A model generated the notes under the pieces. It searched no databases, was not told where the DNA came from, and saw only the letters and a list, made by a program, of their open reading frames with translations. The translations under genes were made by a program, and so were the position numbers. A stretch of 35,922 nt of DNA from Silvibacterium sp. (GTDB taxonomy: Bacteria; Acidobacteriota; Terriglobia; Terriglobales; Acidobacteriaceae), in contig DATAQX010000132.1 of assembly GCA_036264455.1 (NCBI GenBank), positions 1 to 35,922 on the forward strand. The letters run 5' to 3'. This document shows, one piece after another, positions 19,864 to 28,071 of this stretch. How positions within the stretch are numbered: the stretch's first letter is position 1; every line of letters begins with the position of its first letter.

Positions 19864-19962
19864 GGGACTCAGACACGCGGCGCTGGGGCCGAATCGTCAA
19901 CTATGCGGAAGTTTCGTACTAGGCATCCTCGATGAGCGCATAATCGCCAATGCACTCAGATA

Positions 19963-20799
19963 CTACCTGGCAACCGGTCGGGTGCGATCGAGGGTTCGGG
20001 CGAGAGCGAATGTCTTGGCCTGCATGACGACAGGTTTGGATGCCGTTTGCTTCACAACGGCCTGATAGCAAAACTGCACTCCCAGCGCGAACAGACAGAT
20101 GGAGAGCGCAAGGCGCAACTGGCGGTTGGGCAGGCGCGGGGCGATGAGGGAGCCGGCGAGCCCTCCTGCGATGCCTCCAAGGATGAGACGGGTGAGGAGT
20201 GCTATATCGAGGTTGCTACTGGCGAAATGCAAGCTGCTGCCGGCGAGCGCGACACAGAGTCCAAAGGCCAGGTCAGTGCCAACCACCTGCGCCGCGGTAA
20301 GCGAGGAAAGACCGAGCAAGACGAGAGTGCCGAGTGCTCCTGCGCCGGATGAGGAGAAACCCACTTCAGCGCCGATGGGGAACATGAACGCGGCGATGGC
20401 ACCGCGGCGCGCGGGCCTTTCCGCATTTGTTTTGAAGGGGCGGAAGTGCCGGTAGAAATGCCATCCCGACGACGTGATGATGATGACGCCAAGTACGGCA
20501 TATAGGACGGCGTTGTTACCGGCCGCGGCAAAATGGCGGAAGAGCAATGAGCCGAGAACAACGCCGGGTAAACCGCCGAGCAGCATGATTCCGAGGACGC
20601 GATAGGCGACCTGACGCCGCCACATTTGCAGCGGTACAACGACTGCCTTGACCGCGACAGAATATGCGAGCGAAGTCCCTACCCCGACAACGACAGGCAC
20701 GTGCAGAAACAGGATTAGCAGCGGCGCAGTGATGGTTCCAGCCCCGACGCCGGTGATGGCGATGACGAACGCGATAAGGAATCCGAGCGCCAGTTCCAT
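19963..20799 (-). CDS. TauE/SafE (TSUP) family sulfur-oxyanion permease
   Basis: TGVGAGTITAPLLIL, VGFSSSGAGALG, VVGTDLAFG, multiple TM helices; last gene of the cys operon. Confidence 0.88.
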   Translation of the reverse strand: MELALGFLIAFVIAITGVGAGTITAPLLILFLHVPVVVGVGTSLAYSVAVKAVVVPLQMWRRQVAYRVLGIMLLGGLPGVVLGSLLFRHFAAAGNNAVLYAVLGVIIITSSGWHFYRHFRPFKTNAERPARRGAIAAFMFPIGAEVGFSSSGAGALGTLVLLGLSSLTAAQVVGTDLAFGLCVALAGSSLHFASSNLDIALLTRLILGGIAGGLAGSLIAPRLPNRQLRLALSICLFALGVQFCYQAVVKQTASKPVVMQAKTFALARTLDRTRPVAR

Positions 20800-20807
20800 C
20801 GGGTGTC

Positions 20808-21527
20808 CTAACTCTGCGAGCTTTCTCCGCTTTCAACGGATTGAATGTGAATGCCGCACTCGACCTTGTGTCCGCTCCATCGGCCGGAGCGCGGGTCGTC
20901 CGCGCTGGTGGGCAGACTGGTACAAGGCTCACAGCCGATGCTGGAGTAGCCGAGATCGTAGAGCGGCAGCAGGGGAATGCCGTGGCGCTCGGCGTATTGC
21001 CAGACGTCGCGCGTGTGCCAGTCGGCGAGTGGACTGAGTTTGCGCAACTGCTTGCCACTGGGCAGGGTGAAGTTTTCCAAGGACTGGAGATTGGCGCGAG
21101 TCTTCGCCTGCTGGCGGCGCAGCCCGGTGAACCAGACGTTGTAAGGCTGGAGTGCGGCGAAGAGCGGTCCTACCTTGCGCAGGCCGCAGCAGCGGTCGGG
21201 GGCAGTCTGATTGAGAATGCCGAATTCGGCTTCCTGCTCAGCAACCGTTTGCGCTGGCAGGATATTGTGCAGGTTCAGATGCCAGTCTGCGGCGATGCGG
21301 TCGCGGTATTCGTAGGTGGCCTGGAAGTGATAGCCGGTGTCGAGGAAGAGCACGGGGATGCCGGGCGTTATTTGCCTGACCAAATGCAGAACGACTACGT
21401 CCTCGGCCTGGAAGCTGCTGGTGACGCAGGCATCGTTTGCGTAAGAGTGGAGTTGCTCGCGCACGAGTGTTGCCGCTGTCGCGATCTTCTCGTCGAGGGT
21501 TATGACTGAGACGGGAATAGTGCTCAT
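20808..21527 (-). CDS. cysH: APS/PAPS reductase (4Fe-4S APS-reductase type)
   Basis: FLDTGYHF, RCCGLRK, SIGCEPCT, RSGRW, C-terminal ECGIH. Confidence 0.95.
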   Translation of the reverse strand: MSTIPVSVITLDEKIATAATLVREQLHSYANDACVTSSFQAEDVVVLHLVRQITPGIPVLFLDTGYHFQATYEYRDRIAADWHLNLHNILPAQTVAEQEAEFGILNQTAPDRCCGLRKVGPLFAALQPYNVWFTGLRRQQAKTRANLQSLENFTLPSGKQLRKLSPLADWHTRDVWQYAERHGIPLLPLYDLGYSSIGCEPCTSLPTSADDPRSGRWSGHKVECGIHIQSVESGESSQS

Positions 21528-23137
21528 GGGTACTCCGTTGGCGGCTGGACTTCAAGATTGAGCGCGGTAATGACGGCTTCGGTCGAATCTTCTTCAAATG
21601 GCGTAAGGATGAAGTCATCCGTGACTCGTTGGAGGACGACGTCCGAGGTTTCCACGAGGACGATGACTCCTACGTGACACAGTGCGCGCCAGATATCGCG
21701 GTCCCGGACGCGTGTGCGAACAACGGGGTGGTGGAGTTCGAGCAGGCGTTGTTCAAGCGGCGCGAGCTGTTCGGCGTTGCCGAGAATAACGCGTGGGGTC
21801 TGTTCTGGATTTGTAACCGTCGTGGTGAGAATATGCCGGATCATGCCCGCGCCGATGGTGGCATTGGTAACCGGATCGATGAGGATGAAGCTGCCCATGG
21901 CGCGGCTCTGGGTGTAGAGATCGGCAAGGATGGGGCGGTCGGTTTCGACTTCAATGACGCCGATGGCGTTGAGATCGAGCGTGACCGCCGCTTGCGGATC
22001 AAGGGTTTCGATATTGATCTTGTGGCGGACAGAACGCACCCGCGCGGGCACGCTGTGGCTGGTGTGTTTGAGGAGATAGCGGCGACCGATTTCAAGCGGC
22101 TGCGCAGAGAGCCACACGACAGAGGCTTCGAAATGATTGGCAACCGTGGGCGGTGCCTCGACTGCGGCAATGAGATCTCCGCGGCTGATGTCACGTTCAT
22201 CCTCAAGCGTGACGGTGACGGAGAGGGGCGCGGTGGCGGACTCGAGTTCGCCGTCGAAGGTGACAATGCTTTGAATGCGGCTGGTGTGGCCTGAAGGCAG
22301 CGCTACGATGCGGTCTCCGCGATGGATGGTGCCGGCGGCGATTTGGCCCGCAAAGCCGCGGAAGTGCTGGTCGGGGCGGATGACTCGTTGGACGGGCAGA
22401 CGAAAAGCCAGATCAGCGTTCGCGCGCTCGAGGGGAACGGACTCGAGATATTCGAGTAGCGTGGGGCCGGTGTACCAGGGCATGTTGCCGCCGGCGTGGA
22501 CGACATTCTCACCTTCGAGCGCGCTGATGGGAATGGCCAAGAAACCGCCCAGACCTGTACGGGCGGCGAGGTTGGTGAAGTCGCGGCTCAGCCCAAGGAA
22601 GACTTCTCCGGAGTAATCGACCAAGTCCATCTTATTGATGGCGGCGATGACACGCGGAATGCCGAGCAGCGAGGCTATGTAGGCGTGACGGCGCGATTGG
22701 GTGAGGATTCCCTTGCGCGCGTCGATGAGAATGATGGCGAGATCGGCGGTAGACGCTCCTGTGGCCATGTTGCGCGTGTACTGTTCGTGGCCAGGTGTAT
22801 CGGCGATGATGAACTTGCGGCGTGCGGTCGAGAAGTAGCGGTAGGCAACGTCGATGGTGATTCCCTGCTCGCGTTCGGCGCGCAGACCGTCGGTAAGCTG
22901 GGCAAAATCGATGGCAGCTGCAGCAGTGCCGTGGCTGCGTGTGACGGCGCGGACATGGTCCTCATAGACGTTGCGCGAGTCGTAGAGCAGGCGGCCGATA
23001 AGGGTGGACTTGCCGTCGTCGACACTTCCTGCGGTCGTGAAGCGCAGGAGATCCTTGGCCTGCTCGGCTTCGAGAAAGTCTTCAATGGAAAACGCGGGAG
23101 CTTCGTCTTCCATTAATTGGGTCGCAAGGGCGCTCAT
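21524..23137 (-). CDS. cysN: Sulfate adenylyltransferase subunit 1 (GTPase)
   Basis: GSVDDGKSTLIGRLL, EREQGITIDVAYRYF, DTPGHEQYTRNM, NKMD, GSFILID..TIGAGMI; ATGA overlap with cysH. Confidence 0.96.
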   Translation of the reverse strand: MSALATQLMEDEAPAFSIEDFLEAEQAKDLLRFTTAGSVDDGKSTLIGRLLYDSRNVYEDHVRAVTRSHGTAAAAIDFAQLTDGLRAEREQGITIDVAYRYFSTARRKFIIADTPGHEQYTRNMATGASTADLAIILIDARKGILTQSRRHAYIASLLGIPRVIAAINKMDLVDYSGEVFLGLSRDFTNLAARTGLGGFLAIPISALEGENVVHAGGNMPWYTGPTLLEYLESVPLERANADLAFRLPVQRVIRPDQHFRGFAGQIAAGTIHRGDRIVALPSGHTSRIQSIVTFDGELESATAPLSVTVTLEDERDISRGDLIAAVEAPPTVANHFEASVVWLSAQPLEIGRRYLLKHTSHSVPARVRSVRHKINIETLDPQAAVTLDLNAIGVIEVETDRPILADLYTQSRAMGSFILIDPVTNATIGAGMIRHILTTTVTNPEQTPRVILGNAEQLAPLEQRLLELHHPVVRTRVRDRDIWRALCHVGVIVLVETSDVVLQRVTDDFILTPFEEDSTEAVITALNLEVQPPTEYP

Positions 23138-24108
23138 TAGAAGTACCCCTCGCGCTTCTTGATCTCCATGGAACCGTCCTGATCGTGATCGATGATGCGG
23201 TTGGCACGCTCCGAGGAACGAAACGATACGAGTTCGGCGATGATCTTCGGGAGGGTGTCGGCGTCGGAGCGGATGGCTCCGGTGCAGGGACTGCAGCCGA
23301 GGGAGCGCAGACGGCAGCGAACCAATTGCTCTTCTCCCGGCAATCCCTCGACAAAGCTCTGCTCGATAGGGATCAGGCTTTCGCCCCGCACCAGCATGCG
23401 GCGCTCCCTGGCGAAGTAGAGCGGAACGATGGGGATGTTTTCGAGATGGATGTAGTGCCAGATATCAAGCTCGGTCCAGTTGGAAAGTGGAAAGACGCGA
23501 ATGCTTTCGCCTGGACCGGTGCGGCTGTTGTAGAGGTTCCAGAGTTCGGGACGCTGGCCCTTTGGGTCCCATTGACCGGCGCGGTCACGGAAGGAAAAGA
23601 TACGCTCCTTGGCGCGCGATTTTTCTTCGTCGCGACGGGCTCCGCCGAAAGCGGCGTCGAAGCCATAGTAGCGGAGTGCGTCTAAGAGGGCTGTAGTCTT
23701 GAGAAGACCACAGCAGCGCTGAGTTCCGAGCTTTACCGGGTTTGCACCGTCGGCAAGCGCGCCTTCATTACGCCAGACGAGCAGGTTGAGGCCGAGCGAA
23801 CGTGTGTATGCGTCGCGGAATTCGAGCATCTCGCGGAACTTATAGCCGGTGTCGACATGAAGTAGCGGAAACGGAATGGGTCCGGGGTAAAAAGCCTTCT
23901 GCGCGAGACGCAGCATGACGGAGGAATCCTTGCCAATCGAATAGAGCATCACCGGCTTTTCGAATTCCGCTGCGACTTCGCGGAAGATGTGAATGCTCTC
24001 GGCCTCAAGCAGCTTGAGGTGGCTGAGACGGGGCGGGATTGTTTCCCTCGATATATCGGTTTCCGCGATCTGTGACAAAGTTGTCGATGCCATTCCGGTA
24101 GGTTCCAT
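23137..24108 (-). CDS. cysD: Sulfate adenylyltransferase subunit 2
   Basis: [62 protein letters not shown]; TAATG coupling to cysN. Confidence 0.97.
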   Translation of the reverse strand: MEPTGMASTTLSQIAETDISRETIPPRLSHLKLLEAESIHIFREVAAEFEKPVMLYSIGKDSSVMLRLAQKAFYPGPIPFPLLHVDTGYKFREMLEFRDAYTRSLGLNLLVWRNEGALADGANPVKLGTQRCCGLLKTTALLDALRYYGFDAAFGGARRDEEKSRAKERIFSFRDRAGQWDPKGQRPELWNLYNSRTGPGESIRVFPLSNWTELDIWHYIHLENIPIVPLYFARERRMLVRGESLIPIEQSFVEGLPGEEQLVRCRLRSLGCSPCTGAIRSDADTLPKIIAELVSFRSSERANRIIDHDQDGSMEIKKREGYF

Positions 24109-24142
24109 GGCCGATACTGCAGGCCGTTGCCGATTGAAGCTG

Positions 24143-24185
24143 AAAAGGAAAAAGCCCAGGTGCCTTTGAAGTCAGGCGGTGGGCT
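24143..24185 (-). terminator. Intrinsic terminator (attenuator) in the cysD leader
   Basis: Minus strand AGCCCA-CC-GCCT-GACTTCAA-AGGC-ACC-TGGGCT followed by TTTTCCTTTT, between the leader ORF stop and the cysD start. Confidence 0.75.
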
Positions 24186-24223
24186 CAAGGAGCTGGATCG
24201 TCAGGGATTGTTTCGCGACTAGA

Positions 24224-24313
24224 TCAACAGAAACAGAGCTCACAGCCTTGGCGGCACGCGCAACAACAGGCGTGGCGGCGACAACAAGACGGAGCTTGAT
24301 TCGTGACCTGCAT
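24224..24313 (-). CDS. Cysteine-rich leader peptide MQVTNQAPSCCRRHACCCACRQGCELCFC (29 aa), putative attenuator uORF
   Basis: Hand-translated, below the ORF-track cutoff. 9/29 Cys, 7 of them TGT. Co-oriented and directly upstream of cysD, followed by a terminator. Confidence 0.8.
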   Translation of the reverse strand: MQVTNQAPSCCRRHACCCACRQGCELCFC

Positions 24314-24321
24314 CTGTTAAG

Positions 24322-24350
24322 AGCTTCGCGCAGGCGCGGACGATTGTCAA
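24322..24350 (-). promoter_or_regulatory. Sigma70-like promoter of the leader-cysDNH transcript
   Basis: TTGACA (24345-24350), 17-bp spacer, weak -10 GAAGCT (24322-24327), 8 nt before the leader ATG; no Shine-Dalgarno. Confidence 0.6.
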
Positions 24351-24521
24351 TTCGGGGTCACTCGCTTGACGCGGCGGAGTCTGCTCTCTATATTCGAAAT
24401 CACGATGAATCTCGCTGCCAGCATGCTTTGTACTTGTTGCTTTGGCGCAGGTGTATGGCCGGCGAGTAATCACTTCTAATTTCCAGGTTAGAGCCTTAGA
24501 AGTATCAGCGCCGGAGCCGAA

Positions 24522-24549
24522 TTGGCCCGGCTTTTTGTTCCTCTACAAC
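24522..24549 (+). promoter_or_regulatory. Candidate promoter of the leader-TonB receptor transcript
   Basis: TTGGCC (24522-24527), 16-bp spacer, TACAAC (24544-24549), 6 nt before ATG 24556. Confidence 0.4.
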
Positions 24550-24555
24550 TTGGTA

Positions 24556-24630
24556 ATGCCTCAGCGTATGGTTTCAAGCTCTTTATCCCGGCCCTCGATC
24601 GCGCGCTCTCCGCGCCGCTTCTGTTGTTGA
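24556..24630 (+). CDS. Putative leader peptide MPQRMVSSSLSRPSIARSPRRFCC (24 aa)
   Basis: Ends TTC TGT TGT TGA, like the opposite leader (TGT TTC TGT TGA); 100 nt upstream of the TonB receptor; stop codon lies inside a hairpin. Confidence 0.55.
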   Translation: MPQRMVSSSLSRPSIARSPRRFCC

Positions 24631-24730
24631 TTACCCCATAATCAACGCCTGCCGGTTGCGCCTGGCCTGACTTTCTACCCTACAAGTTCATTTTTATTTT
24701 CTTGCAGTTCCTTATAACAAGGAGGTTGTT

Positions 24731-27700
24731 GTGTTCGTCATTTCTCGTTTGACTCGAGTCTGCGCATGTGTGGTGCTGTTGAGCTTTGGCTTCGCCGGAA
24801 CGATCTGGAGCCAGGTGGTTGGAGGATCGATTGCGGGTACCGTTCGCGATGCGAGCGGAGCGGCGATTGCCGGCGCCACGGTTGAGATTCGCAATGCGGA
24901 AACGGGCTTTGCGCGCACATTAACGAGCGATGACGCGGGTCGATATGCGGCTCCTTCAGTACCGATTGGCACCTACTCGGTGAGCGCCGCCAGGGATGGA
25001 TTCGGCAGGCAGACGCAAACAGGCATCCGGTTGGTGGTGGGGCAGAGCGCGGTGATCGATTTGTCACTTGCTGTGGGCAAAGTTCATCAAGAGGTGACGG
25101 TGGCGGCGATTCCTGCGACGGTGGAAGTGTCGACTCAGCAGACGTCCGGGCTGGTGGACGAGCGGCAGGTGAAAGAGCTTCCGCTGAATGGCCGCAGCTA
25201 TGACGAGCTGATGACATTGAATCCCGCGATTGTGAACTACTCGGTCGAGCGCTCGGGCGGCATCGGTACTTCGAATTCGGCGGTAGGAAATATGTTCGCT
25301 GTCTCGGGGCATCGTCCGCAGGACAATCTCTTTCTGCTGAACGGGATTGAGTACACGGGATCGTCGGAGATCAATGTGACTCCGGGGGGAACGAGCGGGC
25401 AGTTGCTTGGCGTAGATGCAGTGCGCGAGTTCAACGTCGTCACGGACACGTATGGCGCGGAGTATGGAAAGCGCACAGGCGGGCAGGTGAGTATTGTAAC
25501 TGCATCCGGCACAAATAAGGTACACGGCTCGGTCTTCGAATTCCTGCGTAACAGCGCCTTTGATGCGCGTAACTATTTCGATCAGGCCGACATTCCGGAG
25601 TTCCAGCGGAACCAGTTTGGTGCGGCGCTGGGCGGGCCGCTCAGCAGGAACAAACTGTTTCTCTTCGGCAACTACGAGGGCTTTCGGCAGAATCTGCATC
25701 TGAGTGATGTGACGCTGGTTCCGGATAACCAGGCGCGGCTGGGGTATGTACCAAACTCGAGCGGCAAGGAGACGTATGTCGGCGTGAACAGCGCAGTGCA
25801 ACCACTGCTGGCACTGTGGCCAGTGCAGAACGGTCCAGAGCTAGGCAGTGGAATCGCGGAGGCTTTCAGCAGCCCCTTGCAACGGATTCGCGAAGACTTC
25901 GGGACGACACGGCTGGATTACAACATCTCGAACAAAGACCTGCTGTTTGGCGTGTACACAATTGATGACAGCGACGCGAATACGCCCACGGCGAATCCGC
26001 TCAGCTCGGTTGTCGAGGCGTTGCGCGAGCAAGTGGTGAGCGTGCAGCAGCAGCACGTGTTCTCTCCGGCGCTGTTGAATACCGCGCGGGTGGGATTTTC
26101 GCGGGCAGCCTATGCTTTCACGGGAACGACTCCGGTGGATGTTCCGGGATGGATTGCGGGGCGACCGATCGGGGCGCTGGTGGTTGGCGGAGGCACGGCG
26201 TTGAATGGCGCGTCGCAGATTACCGGCGCGGGCACGAATGCGGGCAGCAACCTGGCGACAGCGCGCAATCTGTATACATTCGACAACCATGTGTACTGGA
26301 CCCGCGGGATTCACCAGGTAGAGCTGGGCGGATGGCTGCAGTTGATCCAGTCGAATGACAACCTGGCTCAAGACCAGTACGGGCAGGCGTCGTTTGGCAG
26401 CCTGACCAGTTTTCTTCAGGGGACGGTCGCGACATTTACGTCGGTCCCTTCGCCTACAGAACTCGGCTGGCGGTCGCTTGAGGGCGCGGGCTTTGTTCAG
26501 GACACAATCCGGATCAGACCGACTCTGGAGTTGCGAGCAGGCTTCCGCTTTGAATCGACGAATGGCTGGAACGAGTCGCAGGACCGGGCTTCGAATTACC
26601 TGTTCGATGAGAATGGTGTGATTCAGACGAATCCGCAGGTCGGGCACTCGGCATTGAGTAAGAATCGCGCGAAGTTTTTGCCGGAGCCGCGTGTTGGGAT
26701 TGCGTGGGATCCGACGGGGCACAGTCGCACGATTGTGCATGCCGGGTTCGGTGTATATCGTGCACTGCTGGATAACCTTGATTACCGCCTGGACCAGACG
26801 GCACCGTTCAATACGACGAACACGCTAAAGAACGTGGCAGTGAGCAGCCTGAATATTGTGCCGGGTGAAGCGCCGCCATCGGGGAGCCTGGTTTCGCCGA
26901 GCGGTGTGCAGCCGGATGCTTACACGCCGACGGTGCTCTCGTGGTCATTGAGTATTGCGCAGCAGATTGCTCCCAACACCTCGCTCACGATCGGCTATGT
27001 GGGCTCGCATGGCTATCACCAGATGCTTTCGGAAGATGTGAACGAACCTGTGCCGACCATTTGCCCAGCTTCGCCATGCCCAACAACTCTGCCAGCGGGG
27101 ACGACTTATTACTCGAAGGGAGCTCCGTATGCGAATCCACAGCTGGCGAATACGACGACGTGGATTTCAGAAGGATTGAACTCATACAACGGACTGACGG
27201 TGGATGTGAATCACCGCTTCCACCATGGATTGCAGTTGCGCGGCGTGTACACCTGGTCGAAGAGTCTCGATGACGGAACAGCGTGGAATACGAGTGTGGG
27301 GGCGAACGCGCCGGCGTTTGTGGAGTTTCCGCTGGAGCCGAAGAGGGATTGGGGTCCGGCGAGTACAGATGTGCGCAATCTGGCGGTGATCAGCGGAACG
27401 TATGATCTTCCGTTCGGGCGCGGTAATGACAGCGCGCTTAGCCGAACGCTGGTTCAGGGATGGAGCTTCAGCGGGATTACGACTCTGCAGTCAGGCTTCC
27501 CTTTTACGCCTCAGCTGGGATTCAACCCGACGAACAATGGCGATAGCCGCAATCCGATCCGACCGTCGGTGAATCCGGATTTCCATGGCAAGGTGATCGA
27601 AGGGGGTCCAACGCAGTACTTCAATCCGGCGGCGTTTCTGGTGCCTGCGGCGGGCACATATGGCAATGCCTCGCGCAACTCGCTTGCAGGTCCTGGATTT

Positions 27701-27925
27701 GCGAACCTGGACGTTTCGTTCCGGAAGAATACGGCGATTGCGGAGGGACTGAATCTGCAGTTTCGCGCAGAGCTGTTCAATGTGCTGAACCACACGAACT
27801 TCGGCACTCCGAATGAGGTGGTGTATTCGGCGGCAGGGACAACTCCTTCGTCAACCGCAGGGGTGATCACGTCGACAGCTTCCACTTCGCGGCAGATTCA
27901 GTTTGGGTTAAAGCTGCTGTTCTGA
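24731..27925 (+). CDS. TonB-dependent receptor, Oar-like; probably sulfur-source uptake
   Basis: AAGGAGG RBS with GTG start, GSIAGTVRDASGA, LPLNGRSY, DAVREFNV, FRAELFNVLNHTNF, RQIQFGLKLLF. Function inferred from context. Confidence 0.93.
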   Translation: MFVISRLTRVCACVVLLSFGFAGTIWSQVVGGSIAGTVRDASGAAIAGATVEIRNAETGFARTLTSDDAGRYAAPSVPIGTYSVSAARDGFGRQTQTGIRLVVGQSAVIDLSLAVGKVHQEVTVAAIPATVEVSTQQTSGLVDERQVKELPLNGRSYDELMTLNPAIVNYSVERSGGIGTSNSAVGNMFAVSGHRPQDNLFLLNGIEYTGSSEINVTPGGTSGQLLGVDAVREFNVVTDTYGAEYGKRTGGQVSIVTASGTNKVHGSVFEFLRNSAFDARNYFDQADIPEFQRNQFGAALGGPLSRNKLFLFGNYEGFRQNLHLSDVTLVPDNQARLGYVPNSSGKETYVGVNSAVQPLLALWPVQNGPELGSGIAEAFSSPLQRIREDFGTTRLDYNISNKDLLFGVYTIDDSDANTPTANPLSSVVEALREQVVSVQQQHVFSPALLNTARVGFSRAAYAFTGTTPVDVPGWIAGRPIGALVVGGGTALNGASQITGAGTNAGSNLATARNLYTFDNHVYWTRGIHQVELGGWLQLIQSNDNLAQDQYGQASFGSLTSFLQGTVATFTSVPSPTELGWRSLEGAGFVQDTIRIRPTLELRAGFRFESTNGWNESQDRASNYLFDENGVIQTNPQVGHSALSKNRAKFLPEPRVGIAWDPTGHSRTIVHAGFGVYRALLDNLDYRLDQTAPFNTTNTLKNVAVSSLNIVPGEAPPSGSLVSPSGVQPDAYTPTVLSWSLSIAQQIAPNTSLTIGYVGSHGYHQMLSEDVNEPVPTICPASPCPTTLPAGTTYYSKGAPYANPQLANTTTWISEGLNSYNGLTVDVNHRFHHGLQLRGVYTWSKSLDDGTAWNTSVGANAPAFVEFPLEPKRDWGPASTDVRNLAVISGTYDLPFGRGNDSALSRTLVQGWSFSGITTLQSGFPFTPQLGFNPTNNGDSRNPIRPSVNPDFHGKVIEGGPTQYFNPAAFLVPAAGTYGNASRNSLAGPGFANLDVSFRKNTAIAEGLNLQFRAELFNVLNHTNFGTPNEVVYSAAGTTPSSTAGVITSTASTSRQIQFGLKLLF

Positions 27926-28071
27926 CGGAGCGATGCACATTCGGACCGATGCACTTTGACGTGCTCACGAGGCCCTGGCAAGGTCAAGGATCGCTACAGT
28001 CTCCGGTTTCTACTTCGCCGAATAAACAAGCCTAATTCTAGAATCGCTGCAGCCAGCGCTCTGCATCGCCT

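Noticed and set aside
24224-24313. Cys-rich peptide as a metallothionein or RiPP precursor
   Set aside because: No radical-SAM or other maturase and no metal-resistance genes nearby. Its position between promoter and terminator ahead of cysD, plus the antiterminator complementarity, fits an attenuator better. Not formally excluded.
24179-24473. ORF-track ORFs 24179..24469 (+) and 24240..24473 (-), and the upstream extension of 24442..24630
   Set aside because: No recognisable domains or RBS; they span predicted promoters and are shadows of the short leader ORFs.
24109-24730. SAM riboswitch or T-box in the cys intergenic region
   Set aside because: I could not find SAM-I core or T-box (TGGNACC) elements in a suitable context; an Rfam scan would be decisive.
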